64,000 bases of DNA from Flavobacteriales bacterium. Its GTDB lineage: Bacteria; Bacteroidota; Bacteroidia; Flavobacteriales_F; PHOS-HE28. The stretch's first letter is position 1. The number at the start of each line of letters is the position of its first letter. The notes below the pieces were generated by a model. That model searched no databases, was not told the origin of the DNA, and saw only the letters and a program-made list of their open reading frames with translations. The stretch covers positions 148,634 through 212,633 of the forward strand of contig JBIIYP010000001.1 of the NCBI GenBank assembly GCA_044346705.1, read 5' to 3'. Positions 54,208 through 64,000 of this stretch are shown piece by piece. Both the position numbers and the translations under genes were made by a program.

Positions 54208-55238
54208 AGCGCTGGAAGATCCTCCTGATGGTGCTTGCCGTGCTGGCCGCACTGGCGGTCGGTCTGGGCTACCGCACCTGGCGGCATGTCTTCGGCCCTG
54301 GACCTGCGCTTCCGACACCCGAACGGGTCCTGCTGATCCCCACGGGGTCCACGTTCGACCAAGTGGTGGACAGTCTGAGGTCGGCGGGCATGGTGAAGGA
54401 GGAAGCCACCCTGCGTTGGCTGGCCAAGCGGAAGAATTACGTTTCCAAGGTGAAGCCCGGTCGGTACGTGATCGCCAGTGGGACCAGCCTCAATGCGCTG
54501 CTGAACCGGCTCCGGAGCGGCGAACAGGACCCTGTGCGGGTCACCTTCACGAACATCAGAACACTTCCACAGCTGGCAGGCCAGGTGGCGAAATACCTTG
54601 AGACGGATTCCCTGGCCATGATCCGTGCGTTGCAGGACCCGGTGCTGATCGAGCGCCACGGCCTGCGTCCGGAAACGTTATTGAGCTTGTTCATCCCCAA
54701 CACCTATGAAGTGTGGTGGACGGAGAGACCGGCGGCGTTCATTGCGCGGATGGAGCGCGAGCACGAGCGGTTCTGGACAGCTGAGCGAAAGGCCCGTGCG
54801 AAGGCCATGGGGATGTCGGAGATGGAGGTGAGCACCCTTGCCAGCATCGTGCAGGCCGAGACCACCAAGCGCGATGAAGCGCCCGTGATCGCCGGCGTTT
54901 ACCTCAATCGGCTGCGCATCGGCATGCCCTTGCAGGCCGACCCGACGTTGAAGTTCGCGCTGGGCATGGACAGCTTGAACCGGATCCTGGAGGCCGACAA
55001 ACGGGTCGCATCCCCCTACAACACCTACACGCACACGGGGCTTCCTCCGGGTCCGATCAACATGCCCGAGCCCGGGTTCATCGATGCCGTGCTCGAAGCG
55101 CGGAAGCACGACCACCTGTATTTCTGTGCCCGCGAATCGCTGGACGGCTACAGCAACTTCGCCAAGAGCTATGAGCAGCACATGGTGAACGCTCGGCGCT
55201 ACCAGAAAGCCCTGAACGAGCGTGGCATTTACCGGTGA
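54204..55238 (+). CDS. mltG: Endolytic murein transglycosylase MltG (YceG-like)
   Basis: N-terminal TM, YceG-like domain; ATGA overlap with dapF stop. Confidence 0.8.
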   Translation: MKRWKILLMVLAVLAALAVGLGYRTWRHVFGPGPALPTPERVLLIPTGSTFDQVVDSLRSAGMVKEEATLRWLAKRKNYVSKVKPGRYVIASGTSLNALLNRLRSGEQDPVRVTFTNIRTLPQLAGQVAKYLETDSLAMIRALQDPVLIERHGLRPETLLSLFIPNTYEVWWTERPAAFIARMEREHERFWTAERKARAKAMGMSEMEVSTLASIVQAETTKRDEAPVIAGVYLNRLRIGMPLQADPTLKFALGMDSLNRILEADKRVASPYNTYTHTGLPPGPINMPEPGFIDAVLEARKHDHLYFCARESLDGYSNFAKSYEQHMVNARRYQKALNERGIYR

Positions 55239-55316
55239 GCTGTGGAAACCTCGCCGCCAGGACCGACAAGCCCCTGCCGGAGGCCTCTATTTTCGCGCCC
55301 TCAACAGCGCTGCATC

Positions 55317-56723
55317 ATGAGCAAGATCAAGTTCGGTACCGACGGATGGCGTGCCATCATCGCCGATGAGTTCACCGTGGATAACGTGGCCCGGGTGAGC
55401 GTGGCCACGGGCAATTGGGTGAAGCAACGCTTCCCCACGGAGGCCTCCATCGTGGTGGGCCACGACTGCCGCTTTGCCGGTGAGCTCTTCGCCGAGACGG
55501 TGGCCAGGGTGTTCATCGCGCAAGGCATCCGTGTCCACCTGGCCAAGGGTTTCGTGAGCACACCGATGATCAGCCTCGGCGCGTTCCGGTTGAAGGCCAG
55601 CATGGGGGTGATCATCACCGCGAGCCACAACCCCCCGGCCTACAACGGATTCAAGCTCAAGGGCTCCTACGGCGGCCCGCTGATCCCAGAACACGTTCAG
55701 GAGATCGAGGACATCATTCCCGCTGTGCATGGCCTGGACCTCGCGGAGGTGGACCTGAAGAAGGCCGAAGCGGAGGGCATGCTGAAGTACGTTGATCTGG
55801 AGTCGATGTACGTGGAGCATGTAGAGCGGAACTTCGACCTGGAGAGCATCCGCAAGAGCGGGCTGCGCCTGGCCTATGATGCGATGTACGGTGCCGGCCA
55901 GAACGTGATCCCCAGGATCCTGCCGGACGCCGCGCTCCTGCATTGCACCAACGACCCCTCGTTCCGTGGTCAGGCCCCCGAGCCCATCCACAAGAACCTC
56001 ATCGAGTTCAGTGAACTGATCAAGAAAGGGGGCATTGACTGTGGCCTGGCCACCGATGGCGATGCGGACCGCATCGGTCTGTACAACGGCAAGGGCGAGT
56101 TCGTGGATTCGCATCACCTCATCCTGCTGCTGATCCACTATCTGGTGAAGTACAAGAAGTTCAGTGGCAAGGTGGTGGTGGCCGTCAGCACCACGCCGAA
56201 AGTGGAGAAGATGTGCCGCCACTACGGGCTGGAGTACCAGGTGGTGAAGATCGGCTTCAAGTGGATCTGCGGCATCATGATCAATGAGGATGTGTTGCTG
56301 GGTGGAGAGGAGAGCGGCGGCATCGCCATCAAAGGCCACATCCCTGAACGGGACGGTATCTGGATGGGGCTCACCATCTGGGAATACATGGCCAAGAGCG
56401 GCAAGGACCTCGACGCGCTCGTTCAAGAGGTCTACGCCATCGTAGGACCCTTCAGCTATGACCGCAGCGACCTGCACATCAGCGAAGCGTTGAAGCAGGA
56501 CGTGCTGGCCAAGTGCACCAGCGGTGCCTTCACCAGGTTCGGGGACCTTGAAGTGCGCCGGTTGGAGACCATCGACGGCTGGAAGTACCATTTCGACAAC
56601 GACCAGTGGCTCATGATCCGCGCAAGCGGCACCGAGCCGGTGCTGCGCACCTACGCCGAGAGCAACAGCCTGGAGAACGCCCGAAGGATCCTGGCGGCGT
56701 GCAAGGAGGCCATCGGGGCCTAG
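55317..56723 (+). CDS. Alpha-D-phosphohexomutase family (phosphoglucomutase/phosphomannomutase)
   Basis: MSKIKFGTDGWRA, active site TASHNP, GLATDGDADR metal loop. Confidence 0.85.
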   Translation: MSKIKFGTDGWRAIIADEFTVDNVARVSVATGNWVKQRFPTEASIVVGHDCRFAGELFAETVARVFIAQGIRVHLAKGFVSTPMISLGAFRLKASMGVIITASHNPPAYNGFKLKGSYGGPLIPEHVQEIEDIIPAVHGLDLAEVDLKKAEAEGMLKYVDLESMYVEHVERNFDLESIRKSGLRLAYDAMYGAGQNVIPRILPDAALLHCTNDPSFRGQAPEPIHKNLIEFSELIKKGGIDCGLATDGDADRIGLYNGKGEFVDSHHLILLLIHYLVKYKKFSGKVVVAVSTTPKVEKMCRHYGLEYQVVKIGFKWICGIMINEDVLLGGEESGGIAIKGHIPERDGIWMGLTIWEYMAKSGKDLDALVQEVYAIVGPFSYDRSDLHISEALKQDVLAKCTSGAFTRFGDLEVRRLETIDGWKYHFDNDQWLMIRASGTEPVLRTYAESNSLENARRILAACKEAIGA

Positions 56724-59700
56724 TCCTTCACGAAGGGCATGCGCTCCAGTACAGCGCCCTCACTACCGAGCACCTGCAGCGTGTAATGGCCTGCTGCCAT
56801 GTTGTGGAGGTGCAGGGTCACCACGCCCGGGTGCTGGATAGGGGTGGGGCGTGACAGCAGGATGCGACCAAGATCGTCGGTCACCAAGACCTGTTGTGCA
56901 CCCTGTGTCCGGGTAAGGTCGACCATCAGGTCCTCTTGCACCGGGTTCGGATACAGCACGATGGTCGTGTAGCGTTGGATGGCCACGATGGGCGAATGTT
57001 CGCTCGTTCCATCGAGGTCCACCAGGTTCAACCGGTAATAGGCGAGGCCCGGAAGTGGACCTTGGTCCCTGTAGCGATAGTTGATCGTTGCGGTGCTCAG
57101 GCCGGCTGCCGGAAGACTGCCGATGGGCACAAAGAGCCGTGCGTCGGTGGAGCGTTGAACCTCGAAGACGGCACTGTTCGATTCCGATGCCGTGACCCAC
57201 TCCAGCAGGTTGTCCTCCCCTTCCGGTCGGCCATCGAGCGAGACCAGTTCGACGGGCAGCACACCGATGTCCCCCACACCATTGGCGTAGCTGTAGAACC
57301 ACCTGCTGTAGCGTTGTCCATCGATCAGTTTGGCCAGGTCATATTCCTCCCTGACACGCCACTTGTAGCGCAGCTGACCGGGCAGCTTGTAGACCAGTTC
57401 CTTGATCTCGGCGCCGTTCAAGGGCAGGGTCGTCCAAGAGGCGCCGAACCCGTTTGATGCCACACTGGTGGTGATCGGGTTGCCCAGGAAGGGCTGGCCT
57501 TGGAAGATGATCTCGTAACGTAGCCGCGACCTGCAGCGATGAACAGGATTGCGCGCCCGGTGACCGATGCCGAAATGGTCCGGATCGCTGAAATCCATGC
57601 CGTTGGTGCTCATCGGTGTCACGAGATCGGAATCGTACTGGCGCGTGAGGCGCCCGAGGCCGAGCGCATTGTTGCCGCGGTGCCAGAAGGTGGCGCCTTC
57701 TGCAATGAACGCGGGGGCCGCGAGCGGAGCACCGAGGAGCACATCGCTGTAACCGTCGCCGTCCAGGTCACCCCCACCGCTGACGGCTGCGCCGGATCGG
57801 GCTCCCGCCAGGTTGTTCTCAAGAACATCATGGCCTGCGGCGGTGAGCCCTGTGGGAGAGCCACGGTACACATACACCAAACCTTCCGCCGGTTGCCCGT
57901 TGGCGCCAAGCGGTGATCCAATGATCACATCGGCGTACCCATCGCCATTAACGTCACCGGCCTCCGCAACGGACCGGCCCATGGCGCTGCCCGGCAGGTT
58001 CCGCTGAAGGATGATCGTGATCGCGGCCTGGGTGCCCGAGGCAGAGCCGTTGAAGATGAAGGCGGCCCCCTCATCGGCTTCGCCCACGGTCGATTCCCAT
58101 TGATCGGCACCTACGACCACATCGAAGTATCCATCGCCATTGATGTCGCCCGCACCGGATACGCTTGCACCGAAGCCTGCACCGGCCTGGTCGGCTTCGA
58201 GGCGGCGGGCATAAGGCACTACGATACCGGTGGTCGAGCCCAGGTAAACGAACGCAAGCCCTTCATTGAGCTGGCCGTTCGAACCCAGCCGCGCTCCGAC
58301 GATCACATCGCTGAATCCATCCCCGTTCACATCGCCCGCGGTGTTCACTGAACCACCGAACAGGCATGACGCAGGAGCTTCCGATAGGATGAGCGAAGGG
58401 ATGTTGGAAGGTCCGCTCGGGGATCCATGGAAGAGGAAGGCCTGACCGCTGCCGGGAGCACCGATGAGCAGATCACCGAAGCCATCGGTGTTCACGTCAC
58501 CGGCCGGAGCCACGGAGCTGCCGAAAAGCGAGCCTCCCGTTAGCGTTTGGAGGGGCACCGCTGAGAGCCCACCGGGACCGCCCATGTATACGTAAGCGGT
58601 GCCCGTGCCGTCAAGTGGAGCGCCCACGACCACGTCAGCATACCCATCACCGTTCAGATCCCCTGCGCTGGCCACACTGCTGCCGAAGGCCGATCCCGCA
58701 ACGCCGTTCTGGAGGGTGACGGACGGCAGGAAAGAGAGCCCGGTGGCGGAGCCGCAGTGGAGATAGGCCTGCCCGCTGCTTGCAGCTCCCCCGAACGCAC
58801 CGGGCGCACCGAACAACGCATCGGCATACCCATCGCCGTTCACGTCGCCTGCATTCGCCACCGCGGTGCCGAGAACAGCGTTGGTCGCAGCACCGAACCG
58901 CGCAAGTGAACTGGTGGTGGAGGTGCCCACTGCACCACCATGGAACACGGCGGCCGCACCTCCCGAGCCATAGATGCGGGCACCCAGGATAACATCGCTG
59001 TATCCGTCGCCGTTCACGTCGCCGGCAGGGTTGATGCTCTCGCCCAGGTTCGCGCCTGCCGAATTGAGCTCCCATTGCACGGCTGCGGTGGTCGGGATGC
59101 CGGTGGGTGCGCCCAGGTAAAGGCGGACCACCCCTTCCTGAGCCTGGCCGGCGTTGAACAGCGTGGCGCCGACCATCACGTCCGCATACCCATCGCCGTT
59201 CACATCACCGGCCGTGGCCACGCTGCGCCCGAACCATACACCGGCCACGCTGCCGTCCAGCAAGGCGGCGGCCACCGGGTTGATGCCTGCCGGGCAGCCG
59301 TGGAACACACGGGCCGTTCCTTCGGCGAGCTGTCCACCTTGGTTGTCCAAGTACGCGCCCACGATCACGTCGCTGTAACCATCGCCGTTCACATCCCCGG
59401 CCGTGGATACCGACCACCCGAAGGAGCCGTTGTTCACCGTGCTTCCGTAAAGTGTGAGCGAAGGTGAAGGGTTGGGACCTGCGCCCAGCCCCGTGGGGGA
59501 GCCGTGCCAAACGAAGGCTGCTCCGGCATCCGGATTCACGTTCGGGGCATCCGGCGCGCCCACGATCACATCGCTGTATCCGTCGCCGTTCACGTCACCG
59601 GCGCAGGCGAGGCTGCGACCGAAATGCCCGCCCGAGATGTTCCGTTCCAAACGGTGCAGGGGAGCGGGGGCAAGACCGGTGGCGGATCCCAGGTGGAGCC

Positions 59701-60838
59701 ATACCGCACCCTCCTGATAGGTGGGATACTCGGCGAGGTAGGCGCCGATGAGCACATCGCTGTACCCGTCGTTGTTGATGTCGCCGGCGCAGGCCACATT
59801 ACTGCCGAAGTTGTCGCCCGCGTGGTTGGATTCGATCCGCTGGTCGAAGGTGCTCGATATCCCGGTGGCCGATCCATGGTAGATGAACACGGCACCTTCT
59901 GACAGTTCAGTGGACGTGTTGCTCTCCCAGGTGCGTGCTCCAATGATCAAGTCGCTGTAACCGTCTCCGTTGAGGTCACCTGCCGTGCTCACCGAACACC
60001 CGAACTGGGCGCCCACTTGATCCACCTGCAGCACCAGTGCCGGGGTCGTGGGGATGCCGTTGGCACTTCCGTAGTACACGTACGCCAGCCCTTCGTTGTT
60101 CTGGCCCTGAGAACCGCGCCAGGCCCCCACCACCACGTCGCTGCGCCCATCGCCGTTCAGGTCGCCGGCCGTGCACACCGAAATGCCGAACTCCGATGCA
60201 GCAAGCGGCGCGAGCAGAAGTGCGTTCGCGGTGGTGGACACGGGGTCGATCACAATGGGATACACGGCCTCGTGGTCGTCCACCACGATCGAAAGTCCGT
60301 TTCCGATAAGGACCAAGTGTGCGCTCAGCGGACGTTCCAACGCATCCCAGCAACGGAGCCCGGCATAGCTGAACTGCCTGACCGTGTTGGCATGGAATCC
60401 GAGTTCGTCGGAGGCGATCAGTTCAGGCCGAAGGTCACCCTTCAACCGTAAGCGGATGGCCAGTTCCCCCGGACCCTGAGGTCGTTCATGGAGGATGAAG
60501 TTCTGTCGCACACCTTGAGGAGCGGAGGTATAGTAGGCCATCATTCCTGCACCGGGGAACGCCACATCGCTGCCGATGACCTGTGCCACATCCGGATGCC
60601 AGGGGGTCAATGCAGTGCCGCGTGCATAGCCTTCGATCAGGATCTCCTGGGACCAGCGCGCCTCACCGTCACGGCTCAATCGTATCCCTTGCCCATCGAT
60701 GTGCGCGATCAGGCCATCGGCCGGAGGCACCGTGAACCGGTCCGGTCCAAGTGCACGGAACCCGCCCGGTGGTCCTGCGGCCAAGGCAAGAGCAGGCATC
60801 AAGGCGAGCCAGGACAGGGTCATCCGGGATCGTCTCAT
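56720..60838 (-). CDS. Giant secreted FG-GAP/integrin-alpha-like repeat protein with T9SS CTD
   Basis: More than 15 GD.NGDGY.D...GA repeats; signal peptide; C-terminal LYPNPVQEDLMVDL...GHYTLQVLG. Confidence 0.8.
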   Translation of the reverse strand: MRRSRMTLSWLALMPALALAAGPPGGFRALGPDRFTVPPADGLIAHIDGQGIRLSRDGEARWSQEILIEGYARGTALTPWHPDVAQVIGSDVAFPGAGMMAYYTSAPQGVRQNFILHERPQGPGELAIRLRLKGDLRPELIASDELGFHANTVRQFSYAGLRCWDALERPLSAHLVLIGNGLSIVVDDHEAVYPIVIDPVSTTANALLLAPLAASEFGISVCTAGDLNGDGRSDVVVGAWRGSQGQNNEGLAYVYYGSANGIPTTPALVLQVDQVGAQFGCSVSTAGDLNGDGYSDLIIGARTWESNTSTELSEGAVFIYHGSATGISSTFDQRIESNHAGDNFGSNVACAGDINNDGYSDVLIGAYLAEYPTYQEGAVWLHLGSATGLAPAPLHRLERNISGGHFGRSLACAGDVNGDGYSDVIVGAPDAPNVNPDAGAAFVWHGSPTGLGAGPNPSPSLTLYGSTVNNGSFGWSVSTAGDVNGDGYSDVIVGAYLDNQGGQLAEGTARVFHGCPAGINPVAAALLDGSVAGVWFGRSVATAGDVNGDGYADVMVGATLFNAGQAQEGVVRLYLGAPTGIPTTAAVQWELNSAGANLGESINPAGDVNGDGYSDVILGARIYGSGGAAAVFHGGAVGTSTTSSLARFGAATNAVLGTAVANAGDVNGDGYADALFGAPGAFGGAASSGQAYLHCGSATGLSFLPSVTLQNGVAGSAFGSSVASAGDLNGDGYADVVVGAPLDGTGTAYVYMGGPGGLSAVPLQTLTGGSLFGSSVAPAGDVNTDGFGDLLIGAPGSGQAFLFHGSPSGPSNIPSLILSEAPASCLFGGSVNTAGDVNGDGFSDVIVGARLGSNGQLNEGLAFVYLGSTTGIVVPYARRLEADQAGAGFGASVSGAGDINGDGYFDVVVGADQWESTVGEADEGAAFIFNGSASGTQAAITIILQRNLPGSAMGRSVAEAGDVNGDGYADVIIGSPLGANGQPAEGLVYVYRGSPTGLTAAGHDVLENNLAGARSGAAVSGGGDLDGDGYSDVLLGAPLAAPAFIAEGATFWHRGNNALGLGRLTRQYDSDLVTPMSTNGMDFSDPDHFGIGHRARNPVHRCRSRLRYEIIFQGQPFLGNPITTSVASNGFGASWTTLPLNGAEIKELVYKLPGQLRYKWRVREEYDLAKLIDGQRYSRWFYSYANGVGDIGVLPVELVSLDGRPEGEDNLLEWVTASESNSAVFEVQRSTDARLFVPIGSLPAAGLSTATINYRYRDQGPLPGLAYYRLNLVDLDGTSEHSPIVAIQRYTTIVLYPNPVQEDLMVDLTRTQGAQQVLVTDDLGRILLSRPTPIQHPGVVTLHLHNMAAGHYTLQVLGSEGAVLERMPFVKD

Positions 60839-61004
60839 CGCAGGGGAGGACGATGGAGGTGGGTACATATCGAACAGGACCATATCAAAGCTCGATCGCT
60901 GGCCTTCGGAGGTCAATTTTTTTTGCGGTGCGTGGCCGGGTACCTTTAGGCCTCCGACGCGATCGGGCGGCGATCAGCAAGGGCCGGCCTGCCGTGTTCA
61001 TCTT

Positions 61005-61901
61005 ATGCGCAGCCTGCTGTATACGAGCGTTTTATGTCTTTGTTCAGGAGGCACTGCCACGGCCCAGGTCGTGGACAGTACAGCCCGCGTGCTTCACCGG
61101 GACCGGTTGGCGGGCGTGGCGATCGGCGGGAGCGTGGTGATCGCCGGGTCGCTGATGGCCTTGGACCAGGCTTGGTACAGCCAGTACGAGCGCTCTTCGT
61201 TCCACACCTTCAACGATGGGGACGAATGGCTGCAGATGGACAAGGTGGGCCATGCCTACAGCGCCTATACCATGGGTCGCTGGGGAAAAGGGCTGTTGGA
61301 CTGGACAGGGGTGGATGAGCGCACGGCCACCTGGGTGGGAGGCAGCGTGGGCCTCGTCTACCTCACGGGGGTGGAATACCTGGACGGTCGTTCCTCAGGA
61401 TGGGGCTGGAGCTGGTGGGACATGGCGGCGAACGCGGCGGGCACGGGACTGTTCATCGGCCAGGAGCTGGGTTGGGGAGAACAGCGGATGCGGATGAAGT
61501 TCTCGGCACATCTCACGGACTACGCGGCGCAGAACCCGGACCTGCTCGGAGAGACCACTCCCGAGCGGCTTCTGAAGGATTACAACGGGGCCACCTATTG
61601 GCTGAGCGTGAACCCCTCATCGTTCAGCAGGAAGGAAAGGCCTTTGCGCTGGCTGAGCGTTTCGTTCGGATATGGTGCGGAGGGCATGGTCAATGCCACG
61701 CAGCAGCCGGTGGAGGGTGCGTCCACGCCGCCGCCTTACAGGCAGTACTACCTCTCCCTGGATGTGGACCTCGAGCGCATCCCCACACGGTCCAAGGTGT
61801 TGCGCACCACGCTCTTCCTGCTCAATTGCATCAAGATCCCTGCTCCCACGCTGGAATACCGCAGCACGGGGCAATGGGTTGGCCACTGGCTCTACTTCTA
61901 G
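61005..61901 (+). CDS. DUF2279-like periplasmic protein
   Basis: Signal peptide; FHTFNDGDEWLQMDKVGHAYSAY pattern recalled for DUF2279. Confidence 0.5.
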   Translation: MRSLLYTSVLCLCSGGTATAQVVDSTARVLHRDRLAGVAIGGSVVIAGSLMALDQAWYSQYERSSFHTFNDGDEWLQMDKVGHAYSAYTMGRWGKGLLDWTGVDERTATWVGGSVGLVYLTGVEYLDGRSSGWGWSWWDMAANAAGTGLFIGQELGWGEQRMRMKFSAHLTDYAAQNPDLLGETTPERLLKDYNGATYWLSVNPSSFSRKERPLRWLSVSFGYGAEGMVNATQQPVEGASTPPPYRQYYLSLDVDLERIPTRSKVLRTTLFLLNCIKIPAPTLEYRSTGQWVGHWLYF

Positions 61902-62455
61902 GCCAGGGTACCCTCCAACAGCATCAGTTTCACACGGAGCACAGCGGCCACGGTCAGGCTGTCGATGACCTCGCCGCGGACCACCATGCCATAGAGTTCC
62001 TCGAAGGGTAGCTTGCGCAGCGCCAGTTCCTCGTTGTGGTCCGGTTCGGGTTCGAAGAAGGTGAGGTCCTGGGCCACATAGAGGATCGCGTGTTCATCAC
62101 TGGCCGAATTGCTCAGGTCCATGCGCAGGATCTCCGTCCACTTTCCGGCCACGATGCCGGCCTCTTCCCGCAATTCACGTTCGGCGCTTTCCTGTGGTGG
62201 TATCGACCGGTCTCCACCGCCCTCGGGGATCTCCCAGCTGTAGGCTTGGACCGGGTATCGGTACTGGCCCACGATCCACGTGTTGAGGTCGTTGTCCAGG
62301 ACCACCACGCCGATCGCAAGGTTCTTGAAGTGGACCACGCCATAGATGCCCTGCCGCCCGCTGGGGTCCAGAATGTCGTGGTGGCTCACCGAGATCCAGG
62401 GGGTCTCGTAGCGAAGCTCCTCGTTCAGGGTGGTCCAGGGTCCTCGCTTGGTCAT
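61898..62455 (-). CDS. NUDIX hydrolase
   Basis: Nudix box GGGDRSIPPQESAERELREEAGI; start at internal ATG 62455. Confidence 0.8.
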   Translation of the reverse strand: MTKRGPWTTLNEELRYETPWISVSHHDILDPSGRQGIYGVVHFKNLAIGVVVLDNDLNTWIVGQYRYPVQAYSWEIPEGGGDRSIPPQESAERELREEAGIVAGKWTEILRMDLSNSASDEHAILYVAQDLTFFEPEPDHNEELALRKLPFEELYGMVVRGEVIDSLTVAAVLRVKLMLLEGTLA

Positions 62456-62489
62456 GTGCGTGCAGGTAGTGCGGTTCACGGAGGAATGA

Positions 62490-63269
62490 TCAGCGGTCCC
62501 GAGGCACCAACTTGAACTGGATCTCGACATGCTGGGTGCAGCGGACCCGTTGACCGTTCTTTTCGGCGGGGCGCCAACACATGGTGCGCACCAATCTCAT
62601 GGCCTCCTCAGTGCAGCCACCACCGAGCTCTTCCGTCGCACGCATGTTGGAAATGTTGCCACTGGTCTCCACGACGAAATCCAGTTTCACCGTGCCTTGC
62701 AGATCGCGCTTGTAGGCGGATTCCGGATAGCGCAGGTTGGCGCCCATGTAGGTTGGAAGCCCTTTCATGCCGCCCGGTACGTCCGGTGTGGGTTGCACCT
62801 CCACGTGGAGGTGATCGGCGATGTTCAGGCTGGTGTCCGCGGTCGTTCGGGTGTCAACCAGGCAACGCCGTGCTTCCATGGCGCGCATGTAGCGTTTGGG
62901 GTCGAACGGCACTTCGAGGTAGTGTTCGGCGTCGTTGGGCGTATCCGCCACGGTGGCCGGGTGCCAGCGGACGAGACGCCCCAAGCGCAGGGCCTCCACG
63001 TCGCAAGCCGGGGTGAGCGAGCGCCAGATGCGCAGGTCGCGCAGATCTCCGGTGGACATGACACTGAAGATGAGGAACACGGAACCCTTGGTGCCTTTCT
63101 CCAATTCCGCCTCCGGGAACCGCATCTCCTGCTCCAGGAAGGTCTTCACGGCCGGTTCGCCGCCAAAGGGGCTGCACGGCTTGAACGACTGTGCGCGCAG
63201 GAGCATCATGGATGCCGAGGCGAAGAGAAAGGCGAGGGTGCGGTGCTTCACAGTGTAAATTTGCGACAT
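62490..63269 (-). CDS. Tandem TonB C-terminal-domain protein
   Basis: Two TonB_C-like modules; signal peptide. Confidence 0.55.
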   Translation of the reverse strand: MSQIYTVKHRTLAFLFASASMMLLRAQSFKPCSPFGGEPAVKTFLEQEMRFPEAELEKGTKGSVFLIFSVMSTGDLRDLRIWRSLTPACDVEALRLGRLVRWHPATVADTPNDAEHYLEVPFDPKRYMRAMEARRCLVDTRTTADTSLNIADHLHVEVQPTPDVPGGMKGLPTYMGANLRYPESAYKRDLQGTVKLDFVVETSGNISNMRATEELGGGCTEEAMRLVRTMCWRPAEKNGQRVRCTQHVEIQFKLVPRDR

Positions 63270-63861
63270 GGCGGCGAAGATCTACTCAGCGGGCGACCGT
63301 GTTTCCTTCCTCAATGAGGTGGGGGGTGGGGTGGTGCTTCGGCCATTGAGCCACAACCGCGCGCTGGTGCGCACCGATGATGGGTTCGAGCTGGAGTATG
63401 CCATGTCCGCGCTCGTGCCGCGCATTTCCGGATCCGAACACGTGGTCTACGGTGTCAGCGACCATCAAGCGGATATGGTGGCGGCCAACGACCGGATGGA
63501 GGAGCGACGCAAGCGTGCCCGCCAGGGGAGCGCACCGGTCTCCAAGGCCGGAAAACGTGCTGAACGGGCGGAGGAAGGGGTGATGGAGGTCGACCTTCAC
63601 CTGCACGAGCTGGTGGACAACGAGCGGGGGATGAGCGACGGGGAGAAGCTCCAGTACCAATTGAGCTATTTCGAGCGCATGCTCACCACGGCCATCCGCG
63701 AACGCAAGCGGCGGTTGATCGTGATCCACGGTGTCGGTGAGGGGGTGCTGCGCGAAGAGGTGAGGAAGGTTCTACAGTACTATGACCACCTGCGGTTCGA
63801 CGACGCAGATCCCCAGCGATACGGCTATGGGGCAACGGCGGTGGACCTGTTCCACCATTAG
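63268..63861 (+). CDS. Smr-domain protein (DUF2027 + Smr)
   Basis: C-terminal VDLHLHELV...LIVIHGVGEGVLREEV Smr motif. Confidence 0.75.
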   Translation: MAAKIYSAGDRVSFLNEVGGGVVLRPLSHNRALVRTDDGFELEYAMSALVPRISGSEHVVYGVSDHQADMVAANDRMEERRKRARQGSAPVSKAGKRAERAEEGVMEVDLHLHELVDNERGMSDGEKLQYQLSYFERMLTTAIRERKRRLIVIHGVGEGVLREEVRKVLQYYDHLRFDDADPQRYGYGATAVDLFHH

Positions 63862-63871
63862 GTCCTGCCTC

Positions 63872-64000
63872 CTGGCAGGGAAGCGTTCCTTGATATCCTG
63901 TGCATCGCTCCACCGCTGTCCCGATCTGTCGGGATAGAGGAAAGTCCGGGCAGCGTAGGGCACCGTGCTTCCTAACGGGAAGGGGCTTCACTGGGAACGG
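63872..64000 (+). ncRNA. rnpB: RNase P RNA, bacterial type A, 5' part (truncated by window end)
   Basis: gtcccgatctgtcgggat P3 hairpin followed by universally conserved AGGAAAGTCCGGGC and TAGGGCACCGTGC...TAACGGGAAGG. Confidence 0.8.

Overview
This looks like a GC-rich Bacteroidota-type chromosome segment: several proteins end in T9SS C-terminal sorting domains and RpoD is the short Bacteroidetes form. Most of 10.2-64 kb is core housekeeping (fbpA/fbpB-like iron ABC transport, miaA, cca, dapD, ruvX, def, pyrC, three SurA/parvulin paralogs, MoxR, gap, rpoD, HtrA, dapF, mltG, a phosphohexomutase, partial rnpB at the right edge), a 35.9-46.8 kb block of large secreted T9SS proteins (He_PIG/SprB/MopE repeats, a regulator-propeller protein, a lysyl-oxidase-like domain protein, an FG-GAP giant), a SulP/beta-carbonic-anhydrase pair and assorted hydrolases. 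The first 10.2 kb is accessory. The terminal ~65-150 bp of the iron-ABC permease gene, stop codon included, recurs five times (about 4543, 6141, 8069, 8806 and the native copy at 10236). These copies delimit a tandem stack of small integrated islets: an AbiEi/AbiEii pair, a membrane protein plus DUF2141 protein with an integrase remnant, a PIN toxin with a tiny upstream ORF, and a DUF4143 AAA ATPase. An intact XerD/IntI-like tyrosine recombinase (3333-4508) lies next to the outermost repeat. Left of it is an AT-rich array of same-strand ORFs (NADAR, a membrane protein with unknown C-terminal domain, a DUF4259-like protein, a partial small TM ORF). Each ORF is followed by a unique but structurally conserved imperfect inverted repeat bounded by GCTAAC...GTTAGC boxes, 130-195 bp long, with a 17-bp minimal palindrome of the same boxes next to the recombinase. 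I interpret this as an integron-like cassette array with attC-like sites, attached to a recombinase that lacks the IntI-specific insertion. If confirmed, that would be an undescribed cassette-capture arrangement. Other oddities: in-frame stops inside a MAM-domain gene (TGA at the conserved Cys position, followed by a hairpin) and inside a SulP transporter gene (TAA); a ~170-aa C-terminal module ending in EQLP shared by two unrelated secreted proteins; paired palindromic operator-like sites next to the native att copy; and a ~520-bp non-coding gap upstream of a giant T9SS protein. All calls rest on reading the sequence and on motif recognition from memory; no searches were run.
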